From a virus (taxonomy: Duplodnaviria > Caudoviricetes): a stretch of 43,633 bases of DNA. Every line of letters begins with the position of its first letter. Position 1 is the stretch's first letter. Below the pieces are notes generated by a model. It worked only from the letters and a program-made list of their open reading frames with translations, made no database searches and was not told the DNA's origin. The stretch lies in IMG/VR virus record IMGVR_UViG_3300010366_000006, positions 1 to 43,633 of that record; one strand, given 5' to 3'. This document shows positions 10,014 through 20,007 of this stretch, one piece after another. A program made the position numbers and the translations under genes.

Positions 10014-10187
10014 ATGCCCGGCGGCCGTCCGTACAGGAAGCCTGTCTCGAAAGCACAGGCCAGGTTCTTTGGCGCCGCGGCCGGGGGCAACGTCCCCGGC
10101 TTCGATCCGAAGGAAGCCCAGAACAAACTCAGAGGAACGAACGAAAGCAAGCTTCCCGCGCGCAAATCGAAGGGAGGCAAGAAGTAA
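10014..10187 (+). CDS. Small basic protein (57 aa)
   Basis: AGGAG SD; MPGGRPYRKPVSKAQARFF..., Lys-rich tail. Confidence 0.65.
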   Translation: MPGGRPYRKPVSKAQARFFGAAAGGNVPGFDPKEAQNKLRGTNESKLPARKSKGGKK

Positions 10188-10190
10188 GCC

Positions 10191-10481
10191 ATGCCAAAAG
10201 TACGCGCGCTCGCCCCGCTCACCGATCCAGACGGCAACCCGATCGCGCTCGAGGAGGTCGTGGACGTCGACGACGCAACAGCCGCCAGCTGGCGCGCGGC
10301 CGGCAAGGTCTCGCTGCTCGAGGACGAAGAGCGCAACGCGAAGGCAGCCGAGACGGGCAACTACACCAGCGTCACCGGCCGCGAGGAGACGGCCGGCCTC
10401 GGCAGTGGCGGGCTGCCGGGTCCGCAGGCTGCCGAGGCGGACGCGGACGCGGACGAGCCGCCCAGGAAAGGCAGGAAATAG
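10191..10481 (+). CDS. Hypothetical head-associated protein (96 aa)
   Basis: GGAGG SD; tight packing in the head module. Confidence 0.65.
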   Translation: MPKVRALAPLTDPDGNPIALEEVVDVDDATAASWRAAGKVSLLEDEERNAKAAETGNYTSVTGREETAGLGSGGLPGPQAAEADADADEPPRKGRK

Positions 10482-10703
10482 ATGCCCAGGCTGCGCTTTC
10501 TCGCACCGGCCTATGACACGCGCCCAGGCAAAGAGACGACGGTCTACGGCCCGGGGCACGAGACCGATTTCAGCGAGACCGACTACGAGTACGCCATCCA
10601 GCTGCGCAACCGCGGCTACGCGGAGATCATCGATCCGACGGGTCTGCCGCAAGCCGCGAGCGCCGAGGTCCGCCAGGAGCCGATCGTTCCGCCCCCGGCA
10701 TGA
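10482..10703 (+). CDS. Hypothetical protein (73 aa)
   Basis: Abuts the previous stop; ATGA overlap with the next gene. Confidence 0.6.
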   Translation: MPRLRFLAPAYDTRPGKETTVYGPGHETDFSETDYEYAIQLRNRGYAEIIDPTGLPQAASAEVRQEPIVPPPA

Positions 10704-11602
10704 CCATCACCCTGGCACAGCTCGAGCAGGAGGTCGCGCGGCGCACGGGACCGTTCTTTCAGGCTGCCCAGGACAGCCAGACGCCCACGACCTCGACCAC
10801 GATCTCGGCGTATATGCCGACGCTCAAGACGAGCTCGTTGCTGGGCGGCCCGGAGAACCTGTTCCTGCTGCGGCGCGGGGTGCTGTCTGACGGCACGCCG
10901 GTGGCGTCGGCGACGTTCTCCACTGACGACCGCATCCGCATGGTGCAGACGTTCGACTCGAGCGCCGGGCGCATCGTCGTCGACCGCAACTGGAGTTATC
11001 CGATGCAGCCGCGGGAGCTGGCCGACTTCACCCATCTCCAGCCCCAGCAGGAGCTCCACCAGTCGGTGCTCGCCGGGCTGCGGCGGTGCTACCTGCCGGA
11101 TCTGGTGGCGGGTGTCGTCACCAGCGGTTACGGCGATATGGACCTGACCTCCACGTACCCGTGGATCACCGCCCCCAGCCAGGTCCAGCGCGTCCAGTAC
11201 GGCTGGATGCGGCCGTGGGGCGAGGCGCCGTTCGAGGCCACGCTGCAGCAGGGCCACGTCATGCTGCGCGGCGCCTGGGGCCCGTATGCTCCGACCAGCG
11301 TGTGGGTGACCGCGTTGCGGCCGGTCGCGAGCTGGGTGAACGGCGCCGACTCGACCACCGGTCCGACTGGCGACAACGACGTGCTCGCGGTCGACCTGGA
11401 CTACGCCGCCGCGGCCGGCCACATCGAGGCGTGGCACCTGTTTCCGAGTCGCATGTTTGCCGCGGCCGCGGGCAGCCAGCAGGCAACCCAGCAGATGGCC
11501 GCACAGGAATTCACCCGCCAGTCGCAGATCTGGGGACCGAAGCCCGACCGGCGCATCGGCTTCAGCGAAGTGGTCGGCCCAGTTTCAACGGTGGTGCTAT
11601 GA
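10700..11602 (+). CDS. Putative head-tail adaptor protein (300 aa)
   Basis: N-terminus MTITLAQLEQEVARR and position after the head genes resemble podoviral adaptors; inference from position. Confidence 0.5.
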   Translation: MTITLAQLEQEVARRTGPFFQAAQDSQTPTTSTTISAYMPTLKTSSLLGGPENLFLLRRGVLSDGTPVASATFSTDDRIRMVQTFDSSAGRIVVDRNWSYPMQPRELADFTHLQPQQELHQSVLAGLRRCYLPDLVAGVVTSGYGDMDLTSTYPWITAPSQVQRVQYGWMRPWGEAPFEATLQQGHVMLRGAWGPYAPTSVWVTALRPVASWVNGADSTTGPTGDNDVLAVDLDYAAAAGHIEAWHLFPSRMFAAAAGSQQATQQMAAQEFTRQSQIWGPKPDRRIGFSEVVGPVSTVVL

Positions 11603-11886
11603 CGGTTCCTATCGATCAACTCTCCCCGCCCGACACGGTCGGCGGTCAGCCCCACAACGCCGCCGAGGTGAACGGCCTGGTCGGTTTGCATTTGAAGGAA
11701 TTCCTGCGTATCAAAACCGTGATCAATCAGGATCAGGACTGGTTCCTGCCGACCGACCTGAAAGCAGCACCCTACGCGTTTACCAGCGAACAGGAGACCT
11801 TAATAAAGTCCGCGTTCTCGACGCTCGATCAGGCACTGGACGCGCTCGACATGACGTTTATCAATCGTCTGGTGGGCATGGGTTGA
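11599..11886 (+). CDS. Hypothetical virion protein (95 aa)
   Basis: ATGA overlap; MTVPIDQLSPP... Confidence 0.6.
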   Translation: MTVPIDQLSPPDTVGGQPHNAAEVNGLVGLHLKEFLRIKTVINQDQDWFLPTDLKAAPYAFTSEQETLIKSAFSTLDQALDALDMTFINRLVGMG

Positions 11887-12590
11887 GCCAGCTCGCTGCC
11901 GACTGGAAGACGCTCGTCGACAGCGGTCGCGAGCGGCGTACTGACGGGCTGTTCAAGCACCTGGGCAACCTGGACGCAGGCTTCTTGCGCGCGCAGCAGT
12001 GGAACATCGTGCCGCGCGGCGGAGCTGGCCTGGAATTGTTCTACGACCTGCCCACAAACCAGGGCCAGGTGATGCCGTACAACCGCGACACCGGGCAGTA
12101 CGGCAAGTTGAATCTGGTCGGCTCGGACATCGTCATCGCACCCCAGGGCGGCACCCTCAGTCTGCCCGCAAACTGTGTCGGTACCAGCCAGATCCAGGCG
12201 AACGCGGTGCAGCAGCGCATCGGCTCGTACTTCTCGGGCAATAGCTGGAACAGCGGCGGCACCACCAACGCCTGGATCGAGACGACCGTCACTACTGGCG
12301 CCATGTCCTGCTCGGGCGCTGAGTGCCGCATCGAGTGGGTTGTCTACTGCTACTCCAGCGTGGCGGCCACGCTGCAGATCGCCCTGGGCTGGGACGGCAG
12401 CGCCGTCTACTCGATGGGCATCGCCACGGTCACCGCCGGGAGCCTCCACCAGACCTTCAGTGGGGTGCTCTACGTCACGCCAAGTGCCGGCACCCACCGC
12501 ATGAGCGTCTTCGGCAACATCAACACCGGCACGATGTACTTCAACGGCAGCTTCTACGCCGTCCTGTACGTGACGGAGCAGAAGCGATGA
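11883..12590 (+). CDS. Tail fibre/spike-like protein (235 aa); C-terminal domain paralogous to 14767..16401
   Basis: TTG start overlapping the previous TGA; beta-rich C-terminus ending YVTEQKR. Confidence 0.55.
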   Translation: MSQLAADWKTLVDSGRERRTDGLFKHLGNLDAGFLRAQQWNIVPRGGAGLELFYDLPTNQGQVMPYNRDTGQYGKLNLVGSDIVIAPQGGTLSLPANCVGTSQIQANAVQQRIGSYFSGNSWNSGGTTNAWIETTVTTGAMSCSGAECRIEWVVYCYSSVAATLQIALGWDGSAVYSMGIATVTAGSLHQTFSGVLYVTPSAGTHRMSVFGNINTGTMYFNGSFYAVLYVTEQKR

Positions 12591-12673
12591 GTGAGCGCCC
12601 GGCGAAGTGCCAGCCGATCAAGAAGATCCCGCCCACCACGCCCTATCCGGAGAACAAGCACGACACGCCATGA
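12587..12673 (+). CDS. 28-aa micro-ORF bridging two tail genes
   Basis: ATGA overlap at both ends ([28 protein letters not shown]); GGAG upstream. Confidence 0.45.
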   Translation: MSERPAKCQPIKKIPPTTPYPENKHDTP

Positions 12674-13344
12674 CCATGTCGGGTGCGCCACCGAACGTCA
12701 ACGACCCGCGGGTGAACTCCAATCCGGTGGGCGGGACTCCGCTGCCGCCGACGTGGTCCCAGGGACCACAGGGGCCGCCCGGTCCAGCTGGCCCGGTCGG
12801 TCCGGTGGGGCCAGCCGGCCAGAACGGCCAGGAAGGTATCGCGGGCAACCAGGGACCGCCCGGCGCGACCGGGGCGACAGGCCCCGTGGGGCCAGCTGGG
12901 CCAATTGGTCCGCAGGGCTTGCAGGGCCCGGGCGGCGTCCAGGGCCCGCAGGGCAATGTCGGCCCCCAGGGTCCAGCGGGTCCGCTGGGTGCTACGGGTC
13001 CAACGGGGCCGCAGGGCCCGCCCGGTACGTCGGTCTCCGCGACGGCGCACGAGGAGTTCCTGCCGGCTGCGACGGCTACGACGGTAACGGTAGCGCAGGC
13101 ACTGGTGCGGCCCCTGATCGTCGCCAGAGGCGGTGTGGTGCAGTCTCAGGTGGATGGGCACTACTCGATCAGCGGCGCCACGCTGACTTTCAGCACGCCC
13201 TTCGACGGCACGGAGCGAGTCATCGTGAGCTACCAGACCGGTACTAGCGGCACGGGCACCCTCATCGATACCGATCTGCGCACGTACGTGCAGCGCATCA
13301 TGGCTGTTCTGGATCCGAGCGGTCCGCCGCCACCCAGTCCATGA
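12670..13344 (+). CDS. Collagen-like tail fibre protein (224 aa)
   Basis: About 29 uninterrupted Gly-X-Y triplets at 12763-13023. Confidence 0.8.
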   Translation: MTMSGAPPNVNDPRVNSNPVGGTPLPPTWSQGPQGPPGPAGPVGPVGPAGQNGQEGIAGNQGPPGATGATGPVGPAGPIGPQGLQGPGGVQGPQGNVGPQGPAGPLGATGPTGPQGPPGTSVSATAHEEFLPAATATTVTVAQALVRPLIVARGGVVQSQVDGHYSISGATLTFSTPFDGTERVIVSYQTGTSGTGTLIDTDLRTYVQRIMAVLDPSGPPPPSP

Positions 13345-14405
13345 CCAGACTGCTGACTACGGGCTACGAGACCGGCGACGTCGCTGAGGCGGGTGCGCTC
13401 GTCCAGGGGACCGGGGTCGTGGTGTCGGTGGTCAACACCGCACCGACACCCCGCGCCGGTGCGTACTGCCTGAAAACGACGGTGAACGCCACCACGTGGA
13501 CCATCACCACCAAGGGCTTCAACTTCGGACTGAAGACCGAGGTGTGGGTCCGCTTCGCGTTCCTGGCGCATCAGCTCTCGTCGGTGGAGTACATGTTCGC
13601 GCAGATGGCGGACTCCGCCGGTGGTGCGCAGTGCTGCCTGACGTTCAATCCAACGGACGGGTTGATTCGCCTGTACCGAGGCACCGGCACCACCACCTTG
13701 CTGGCGACCGCGTCGGCGTCGGTGGCACAGGACACGTGGATGGTCATCGACTGGCGGACGCAAACCCTGACCACCACCACCGGCGCCAGCGAGGTGTGGG
13801 TCAATGGCAACCGTCTGATCAACTTCTCCGGCGACAACACCAACACCGCGAACGTGAACGTCCAGACGCTGCTGCTGGGGTTTCTATCGGGGGCGACGAA
13901 CGCCGGCGCCAATGGCTCGTACTGGGCGTATGACGACATTGCCGTCAATGACACGGCTGGCACACTGAACAACGGTCGCGCCGGTGATGGGCGGGTCATC
14001 CTGCTGCTACCAAACGGTGCGGGTAGCTCGACGCAGTTCGCGCGGGGTGGCACCGACACCGGTGCCAACTACTCGCAGGTGAGTGAGGTGCCACCATCGA
14101 TGGCGCAGTACAACGCCTCAGCGGTTGTCGGCAATCGCGATCTGTACGCCCACCAGGACCTGGCGGTGGCGGTGCAGGCCATCAATTCCGTCGAGGTGGT
14201 GGCGCTCGCCATGAATTCCGACGCTGGTGGCGGCAACCTCGCGCCGACGCTCAAGAGCGGCGCCACCGTGGCTGAGGCAACGGCGGTCGGGCTGACGTCG
14301 ACGGCGGTCTACGTCGGCGCTCGCTGGGAGACCGACCCGGCGACGACCGCTGCCTGGACGGTGGCAGGGGTGAACGCGCTTGAGGCGGGAGTGACGGTGC
14401 GATGA
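13341..14405 (+). CDS. Virion structural protein, beta-sandwich/lectin-like (354 aa)
   Basis: Thr/Gly/Ala-rich, EVWVNG and YDDIAVND motifs; ATGA-coupled in the tail module. Confidence 0.55.
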   Translation: MTRLLTTGYETGDVAEAGALVQGTGVVVSVVNTAPTPRAGAYCLKTTVNATTWTITTKGFNFGLKTEVWVRFAFLAHQLSSVEYMFAQMADSAGGAQCCLTFNPTDGLIRLYRGTGTTTLLATASASVAQDTWMVIDWRTQTLTTTTGASEVWVNGNRLINFSGDNTNTANVNVQTLLLGFLSGATNAGANGSYWAYDDIAVNDTAGTLNNGRAGDGRVILLLPNGAGSSTQFARGGTDTGANYSQVSEVPPSMAQYNASAVVGNRDLYAHQDLAVAVQAINSVEVVALAMNSDAGGGNLAPTLKSGATVAEATAVGLTSTAVYVGARWETDPATTAAWTVAGVNALEAGVTVR

Positions 14406-14770
14406 CCGACCGCCAGGTTGGCAGCGAAGGGCTGAACGTCGACCTCGCGGTAGCCGTGGAGCGGCGGCTCGCCGGCGGTGGGATTCAGATCGACTTCTCG
14501 CCGCCCAGTGGACCCCTCGCGGGGAATCAGCTTGCGGGATTGGGGCTCAACCTCGATGTTGTGCCGACCGCCCAGCGGCGACTGGGTGGTGGGGGTCTGA
14601 TGGTGGACTACATTCCATCGACTATTCCACTCAACGCTGTGCGGTGGTCGAATGTTGCCTTCGAGGCGGGTACGTCATCGCCACTGGTGTACTGGATCAG
14701 CCCCGCCTTCCAGGTGAGCGGCACCAAGCCCGTGGTGTGGCTGACTGATCACTTCGGGGTGGCGTCATGA
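14402..14770 (+). CDS. Hypothetical tail protein (122 aa)
   Basis: ATGA-coupled; internal repeats RLAGGGIQID/RLGGGGLMVD. Confidence 0.55.
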   Translation: MTDRQVGSEGLNVDLAVAVERRLAGGGIQIDFSPPSGPLAGNQLAGLGLNLDVVPTAQRRLGGGGLMVDYIPSTIPLNAVRWSNVAFEAGTSSPLVYWISPAFQVSGTKPVVWLTDHFGVAS

Positions 14771-16401
14771 GCCGTCAACTGGTGGCGCCGCTGGCGGCTG
14801 GCGTGCCTAGTGGCGGCAGCAGCGGTCAGGTACTGACGAAGAACAGTGGCACCAGCTTCGACTATGCCTGGGCGCCCGGCAGCAGCGGTGGTCTCACCCT
14901 GCCGCTGACGCAGAACCTGACGTTCAGTCCGGATTCCGCGTGGAACATCGGGGATGGCTCGGGCGGCTCCAAGCCCTATCGGATCTTTGCGTACAGCGAT
15001 CTGACACTCGGCAACAACGACATGCAGTTGTCGATAGACACCCTGTCAACGTCAAGCTCGCTCAAGCTGAATGCGGGTGCTGGCGATCTGCGGCTGGAGA
15101 CCAACAACCTTGACAGGTTGATCCTGGGGCAGACCGGCAACCCCATCACGATTGCTCCGGCTAACAACACTGTTGAGCAGCGCAACGGCACCACCGCGCA
15201 GACGCTGCGCATCTACAACACCTACACCAACTCCAGCAATTACGAACGCGCGACGCTGAGCTGGAGCAGCAACACCTTCTCTCTCGCCACCGAGTACGCC
15301 GGTACCGCCAGCGCACGCTCGCTGGTCCTTGCTGCTGCTAACCAACTGTTCCTCCGTGCGGGTGGTACGAGCGGCTGGCTGGTGAGCACCGGCATGCTGC
15401 TAGCGGAGGTTGACAATACCTACGACATCGGGGCCTCCGGGGCCACTCGACCGCGCGACATCTATGTGGCGGGTCGCGTCTTCGTGGGCGCTCCGCAACC
15501 GGGTGCTCTCGCAGGCGACCTCAGCGTCTCCCGTACGACTGCTTCCGGAGTTATTTACTTCGGGACGAATGGCCTCAGCTTCCTCCAGCTGAACGCGGGA
15601 AATTTCAACTTCGGCGGCGGTGGCATCCGCTTCCAGACCGACAACACGTACGACATCGGTGCCGCTGGTACGAGCCGGCCCAGGAACGAGTACCTGGCCG
15701 GAACACTCAGTCTGGGCACCAACGCCACGCCGCCAACAGCCAGGGCAGTCCCAAACGCAACGACCGGGCTGTTACTGGAGTCGCCCGGCTTGTCCGCGCA
15801 GATGGCCGGCAAGACCGGCGGGACAGTGGGGGGCAACGCCTACTGGGACGGTACGAACTGGCAGCGGTACGACGTGGCGCAGCCGGCGATGCACCTGGCG
15901 GTGGGTCAGGGGGCGCTGTCGATCAACTACGCACCAGCGGGTGCCAACCCGATTTCCGCCTGGACGCAGCGGATCGGCATCGACGCCACCGGCACGGTGA
16001 CGTTGCCGGCGGGTACCGCGCAGCAGGCGCTGGGCCAATACGTGGGTGCTCCCACCTTCTCGGTCTCGGCTGTGAACGCATGGACCGAGACGCCGGTCAA
16101 AGTGACCATCACCTCGACCGGGGCGCTGCTGCGGATCGAATACTCCACGTGCTGGAAGCACTCGGCGGCGAATGCCACGTGTCAGATCGGTCTTGGCTTC
16201 GATGGAACAGTCAGCATTGGCCTGCTGGAAACAACTCAGGCGCTCGCAACTGCCTCCATACCCTACAGCGGGGTGTATTACACGACCCTCGCCGCAGGCA
16301 GTCACACTGTCGCGATTTTCATGATCAACAACTCGACCGGCACCCTGTCGATTGATAACGGCATCAACTCCACCATCTACGTGACGGAGCAACGCTGTTG
16401 A
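14767..16401 (+). CDS. Tail fibre protein (544 aa)
   Basis: GGSSGQVLTK N-terminus, repeated DNTYDIGAxGxxRPR motifs, beta-rich C-terminal domain. Confidence 0.7.
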   Translation: MSRQLVAPLAAGVPSGGSSGQVLTKNSGTSFDYAWAPGSSGGLTLPLTQNLTFSPDSAWNIGDGSGGSKPYRIFAYSDLTLGNNDMQLSIDTLSTSSSLKLNAGAGDLRLETNNLDRLILGQTGNPITIAPANNTVEQRNGTTAQTLRIYNTYTNSSNYERATLSWSSNTFSLATEYAGTASARSLVLAAANQLFLRAGGTSGWLVSTGMLLAEVDNTYDIGASGATRPRDIYVAGRVFVGAPQPGALAGDLSVSRTTASGVIYFGTNGLSFLQLNAGNFNFGGGGIRFQTDNTYDIGAAGTSRPRNEYLAGTLSLGTNATPPTARAVPNATTGLLLESPGLSAQMAGKTGGTVGGNAYWDGTNWQRYDVAQPAMHLAVGQGALSINYAPAGANPISAWTQRIGIDATGTVTLPAGTAQQALGQYVGAPTFSVSAVNAWTETPVKVTITSTGALLRIEYSTCWKHSAANATCQIGLGFDGTVSIGLLETTQALATASIPYSGVYYTTLAAGSHTVAIFMINNSTGTLSIDNGINSTIYVTEQRC

Positions 16402-18446
16402 GCTTGCTCAGTTCGCGCCGCAGACCGTGGCCGTTCCACATGCGTATCGGCTCGATCCTGGGCGCAGTCACCGATCGCCAGGGGTACATGCTCATCGCGA
16501 ACGATCAGGGCCTCCTGGTGGGGCGCAAGCAGCAGATGCTCGACGGCGTGGTGCCGAGCGTGCAGGAGTACGGCTCGGCGCCGGTCTATCGCGAGCGTAC
16601 CTTTGCCCTGCGCCCCACGGGCGGCTACGGCGAGCGGGTGCAGTCCAGCTACGGCGACCGCCGCTATTACTGGGGCACCGACATCCAGGTGGATGGCGGC
16701 CTGATCGGCAAAGGTCCACTGCTGCATCCCGTTGCTGCATCGACGCCGCCCAGCAATGTTGCCTTTGGCGTGGTGCGGTTTCTCGATGCTCCAAATGGCA
16801 GCGGCGGGATCGATCAGCTGATCCTCTCGGGCACTGCTGCGTACCGCCGCACGGACGATACCAACGCTGGCCAGACCGTCGCGCGCATGCACACCCAGGC
16901 CTGGCTGGACGGGGTGATCTTCCAGGGCGGCTTCTCAGGTGCCGGGCCGTATCTGTACGCGGCCGATGCCGCTGGGGGCTTGTGGGAGCGCACGCCGGCC
17001 AATACCTGGACGCAATGTACGCTGCCGAGTGGCTTTCTGGCCTATCGCGTGGAGGTGGTCGGGACGGAGCTCTGGGCGGCCGACGTGAATGCCTCGGTTA
17101 TCCGCAAGGTGACCTCCGATCCGAAGGTCGCGGGCAACTGGTCGGGTCCGTTCTTCGTCGGCGACCCGTCGGTCAGGATCAGCGCGCTGCGCCAGACCGG
17201 CACCCAGCTGTACATCTTCAAAGAGGACGGCACTGTTTTCTCGATCAACTCGGACGGCTCGACCAACGACCTGTTTCCGGGCCTGACGAGCCCGATCAAT
17301 GCTGACAACGGACGGCGTGCCGCGGCCTGGCTGAACGCGATCTGGTTCCGCGCGGGGCCGACCTTCTATCGACTGGACGTGCCCGGCAACCAGCTCACGC
17401 CGACCGGGCCGGGCAAGCTGCTCGAGAACGCCTCACCCGTTCGGGGTGACGTACAGGTGTTCTGCGGGTGGGGCGGCTACCGTGCGTATCTGGTGCTCTG
17501 GAACAGCATCACGTCGACGAGCTACCTGATGACGTACGGCAACTGGGAGCCGCACGTCACTGATGCGGGCACCCAGTTCAGCTTCGATGACCAGTACGAC
17601 GGCTCGCTGGCACACTGGGTCGGTCGCAAGGCGACGGCGCTCGGTATCTCGGGCGCCACTGGCCAGGACCGGCTGTACGTCGGCTTCGATGACGGCAAGT
17701 GGGACTGGATCAAGCTGGTGCGTTCGCCGCTCGCCTCGGACTCGGGTGCGGAGTTCGTCACGGGCCCGTCCGAGCTCGTCTTCCCGCTCCATACGGCGAT
17801 GTTCGACGCCGACCTGAAGCACTGGCTCGGGTTCTCGTGCTTTGGACCGGTGATGCGCCCGGGCGATGAGGTGAGCCTGTACTACCGCATCATGGCGAGT
17901 GCCGGTGCGCCGCCGACGGACCCCACCGGCGACTGGCTGTTCCTGGGCGAATTCACCTCGAACGGGCAGCGCATCGACACGCCACCGAATCTGGTCGGCA
18001 ACGCGCTGTCGCTGAAGGTGTCGTTGTCGAACACGAACAACACCGACACCCCGGTGATCGAGGTGATCGCGTACCACGAGCGGGTGGTGCCCGCGTTCAA
18101 ACGCGACCTGACCATGACGGTGGATGGCCGTTCGGTCATCGCGCGTCTGGACGGAGCTGCCTACCGTCCCAATCCTGAGGACGTCCACCAGGCCATGCTC
18201 GGCTATGCCGCGGCCCCCGGCAGTCTGGCGATCGAGCTGCCTGACGAGACGGTCAACGAGATCGCGCTGTTCGGCTACTCGGAGCGGATGCTGCCGATGC
18301 AGTCCGGTGGCGGACACGGCTGGGCGATGGACCTGCAGGCGACGCAATTCCGCATCCTGACCGTGTACGGCATCATCCAGCGATTGAGGGGAACGCGCAT
18401 TGGCGATCTGCGCGGCTACAAGATCAGCGCTTTGAGGGCACTATGA
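16398..18446 (+). CDS. Putative tail nozzle/stabilisation protein (682 aa, beta-propeller-like)
   Basis: TTGA overlap; size, beta-rich composition (LYIFKEDG) and position typical of podoviral nozzle proteins; inference. Confidence 0.5.
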   Translation: MSLLSSRRRPWPFHMRIGSILGAVTDRQGYMLIANDQGLLVGRKQQMLDGVVPSVQEYGSAPVYRERTFALRPTGGYGERVQSSYGDRRYYWGTDIQVDGGLIGKGPLLHPVAASTPPSNVAFGVVRFLDAPNGSGGIDQLILSGTAAYRRTDDTNAGQTVARMHTQAWLDGVIFQGGFSGAGPYLYAADAAGGLWERTPANTWTQCTLPSGFLAYRVEVVGTELWAADVNASVIRKVTSDPKVAGNWSGPFFVGDPSVRISALRQTGTQLYIFKEDGTVFSINSDGSTNDLFPGLTSPINADNGRRAAAWLNAIWFRAGPTFYRLDVPGNQLTPTGPGKLLENASPVRGDVQVFCGWGGYRAYLVLWNSITSTSYLMTYGNWEPHVTDAGTQFSFDDQYDGSLAHWVGRKATALGISGATGQDRLYVGFDDGKWDWIKLVRSPLASDSGAEFVTGPSELVFPLHTAMFDADLKHWLGFSCFGPVMRPGDEVSLYYRIMASAGAPPTDPTGDWLFLGEFTSNGQRIDTPPNLVGNALSLKVSLSNTNNTDTPVIEVIAYHERVVPAFKRDLTMTVDGRSVIARLDGAAYRPNPEDVHQAMLGYAAAPGSLAIELPDETVNEIALFGYSERMLPMQSGGGHGWAMDLQATQFRILTVYGIIQRLRGTRIGDLRGYKISALRAL

Positions 18447-19450
18447 GCGATCTCACCGCAGAGCTGAACCTGGCGCTCGCCGTGGACGGCGACGATACCG
18501 CCGACTACCTGACCACCACTGGCGGCTTGCGTGGGTCGTTGAGCACCATCGACGGGCTGTTCAACGCGAGCACCGGTCACAACCACAACGGCGCGCACCA
18601 GGGCGGCTCGATCACGACGCTCAACCTGTCGGGAGCGATCACGGTCGGCGGCCTGGCAACGCTCAACAGCGTGGACGTCACCACGACCTCGCACCTCCGC
18701 GGGGCAGTGACGCTGGACAGCACGCTCAGTGTGGCCGGCGCAACGACGCTCGCGGGCGTCACGATCAACGGCACCCTGAACCCCAGCACGACGCTGACTG
18801 TTGGCCTGGATCTCGCGGTCGGACGCAACGAGACAGTGGCTGGCACCCTGACCGTCTCGGGCGCCACGAACATGGCCAATGTCGGCATGAGCGGCGCGCT
18901 CAGCGTGACAGGCTCGGTGACCGTCGGCGGCAACCTCAACGGTGCGGACATCTACGCGAATCGTGGCAACGGCAGCGGCTACTTCTTCATGGTCAACGGC
19001 AGCCATTACATTGGCTTCGACGGGACTAACTACCAGCTGCCGTCAGCGCCGCTGTACGTGAACAGCTCGCGGGTGGTGACCGAGGCGTATGGCGGCGCGG
19101 TAGCGTGGCAAGCTGCGCAGAACCTGCCGTCGCTCAGCAAGCACCAGGGCTTCAACATCCTGGGCACGGTCGCCAACGCCAACGACTGGCTGGTGGACTA
19201 CGGCGGCAGCCCCCTGGTCGCGGTGCCGAACGGCGGTCTGGCAAACCAGGCGTACTCATTCAACCGTGCCTTTGCCGCACCGCCCTTCGTCATCGTCAGC
19301 ATCGGCTTTTTCAGCGGCTCGGTGAACACGCTGCACCTCGTGCAGGTCGCCGCCCACAACGTCACCGCCAGCGGGTTGCAGATCGACTTCGGCAACAACA
19401 CCGGTGGCCAGCAGTCAATCGTCGCCAACTGGATCGCGATCGGACGCTAG
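18443..19450 (+). CDS. Tail spike/needle-like protein (335 aa)
   Basis: GHNHNG motif, beta-helix-like G-x-L-x-V repeats, C-terminal FNRAFAAPPFVIVS...NWIAIG typical of fibre tip domains. Confidence 0.65.
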   Translation: MSDLTAELNLALAVDGDDTADYLTTTGGLRGSLSTIDGLFNASTGHNHNGAHQGGSITTLNLSGAITVGGLATLNSVDVTTTSHLRGAVTLDSTLSVAGATTLAGVTINGTLNPSTTLTVGLDLAVGRNETVAGTLTVSGATNMANVGMSGALSVTGSVTVGGNLNGADIYANRGNGSGYFFMVNGSHYIGFDGTNYQLPSAPLYVNSSRVVTEAYGGAVAWQAAQNLPSLSKHQGFNILGTVANANDWLVDYGGSPLVAVPNGGLANQAYSFNRAFAAPPFVIVSIGFFSGSVNTLHLVQVAAHNVTASGLQIDFGNNTGGQQSIVANWIAIGR

Positions 19451-19458
19451 GAGGACAC

Positions 19459-19779
19459 ATGGCAGAGATCGAGATTGTCGAGAACGGCACGTTGGGGTCG
19501 CCGCAGCCGCCCATCCTGCCGCCGCTGGAGCTCCACCCCGAGCAGCGGCTGGGCGGCGGGGCGCTGCGGCGTCTGTCGCGTCTCCAGGCGCGCGTGGACG
19601 GGGCGACCGAGGTCGCGCAGGCCGGGATCAACGCACATACCGCTGTCCGTCAGACGTACGAGCAGGCGTTCCTGGCAGCGTGTGAGGACGCGCAGATTTT
19701 CGTGCCGCCGGGACCGCACGACGTGGACATCGACTGGGGCACTGGCGAGGTGCGCTTCATCCTGAAGAGGGACGCATGA
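19459..19779 (+). CDS. Hypothetical protein (106 aa)
   Basis: Strong AGGAGG SD; MAEIEIVENG... Confidence 0.65.
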   Translation: MAEIEIVENGTLGSPQPPILPPLELHPEQRLGGGALRRLSRLQARVDGATEVAQAGINAHTAVRQTYEQAFLAACEDAQIFVPPGPHDVDIDWGTGEVRFILKRDA

Positions 19780-19961
19780 CCGACTTCAACGTGGGTCCGG
19801 GTGTCGCGGACGCCATCGCCGTCGACGGTGGAGAAGCTCGCAGCGATGAGCGCTACATCATCCTCACCGAAGGCGACCGGGTGAGCATGACCATGGCCAC
19901 CACCGGCGTGTACTACTGGTACGAACGCGACAACAAGACGAACAGGACGCCCTTTCCTTAG
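19776..19961 (+). CDS. 61-aa protein; possible N-terminal part of a frameshifted lysin
   Basis: GAGG SD, ATGA overlap; ends ACG CCC TTT CCT TAG. Confidence 0.6.
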   Translation: MTDFNVGPGVADAIAVDGGEARSDERYIILTEGDRVSMTMATTGVYYWYERDNKTNRTPFP

Positions 19962-20007
19962 CGCGGCTCCCCCGGACGAGGGACTCACCTGGGACGCCTG
20001 GGCCAGC

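Noticed and set aside
11883-16401. Diversity-generating retroelement acting on the paralogous fibre C-termini
   Set aside because: No reverse transcriptase gene, and no near-identical template/variable repeat pair with adenine-specific differences
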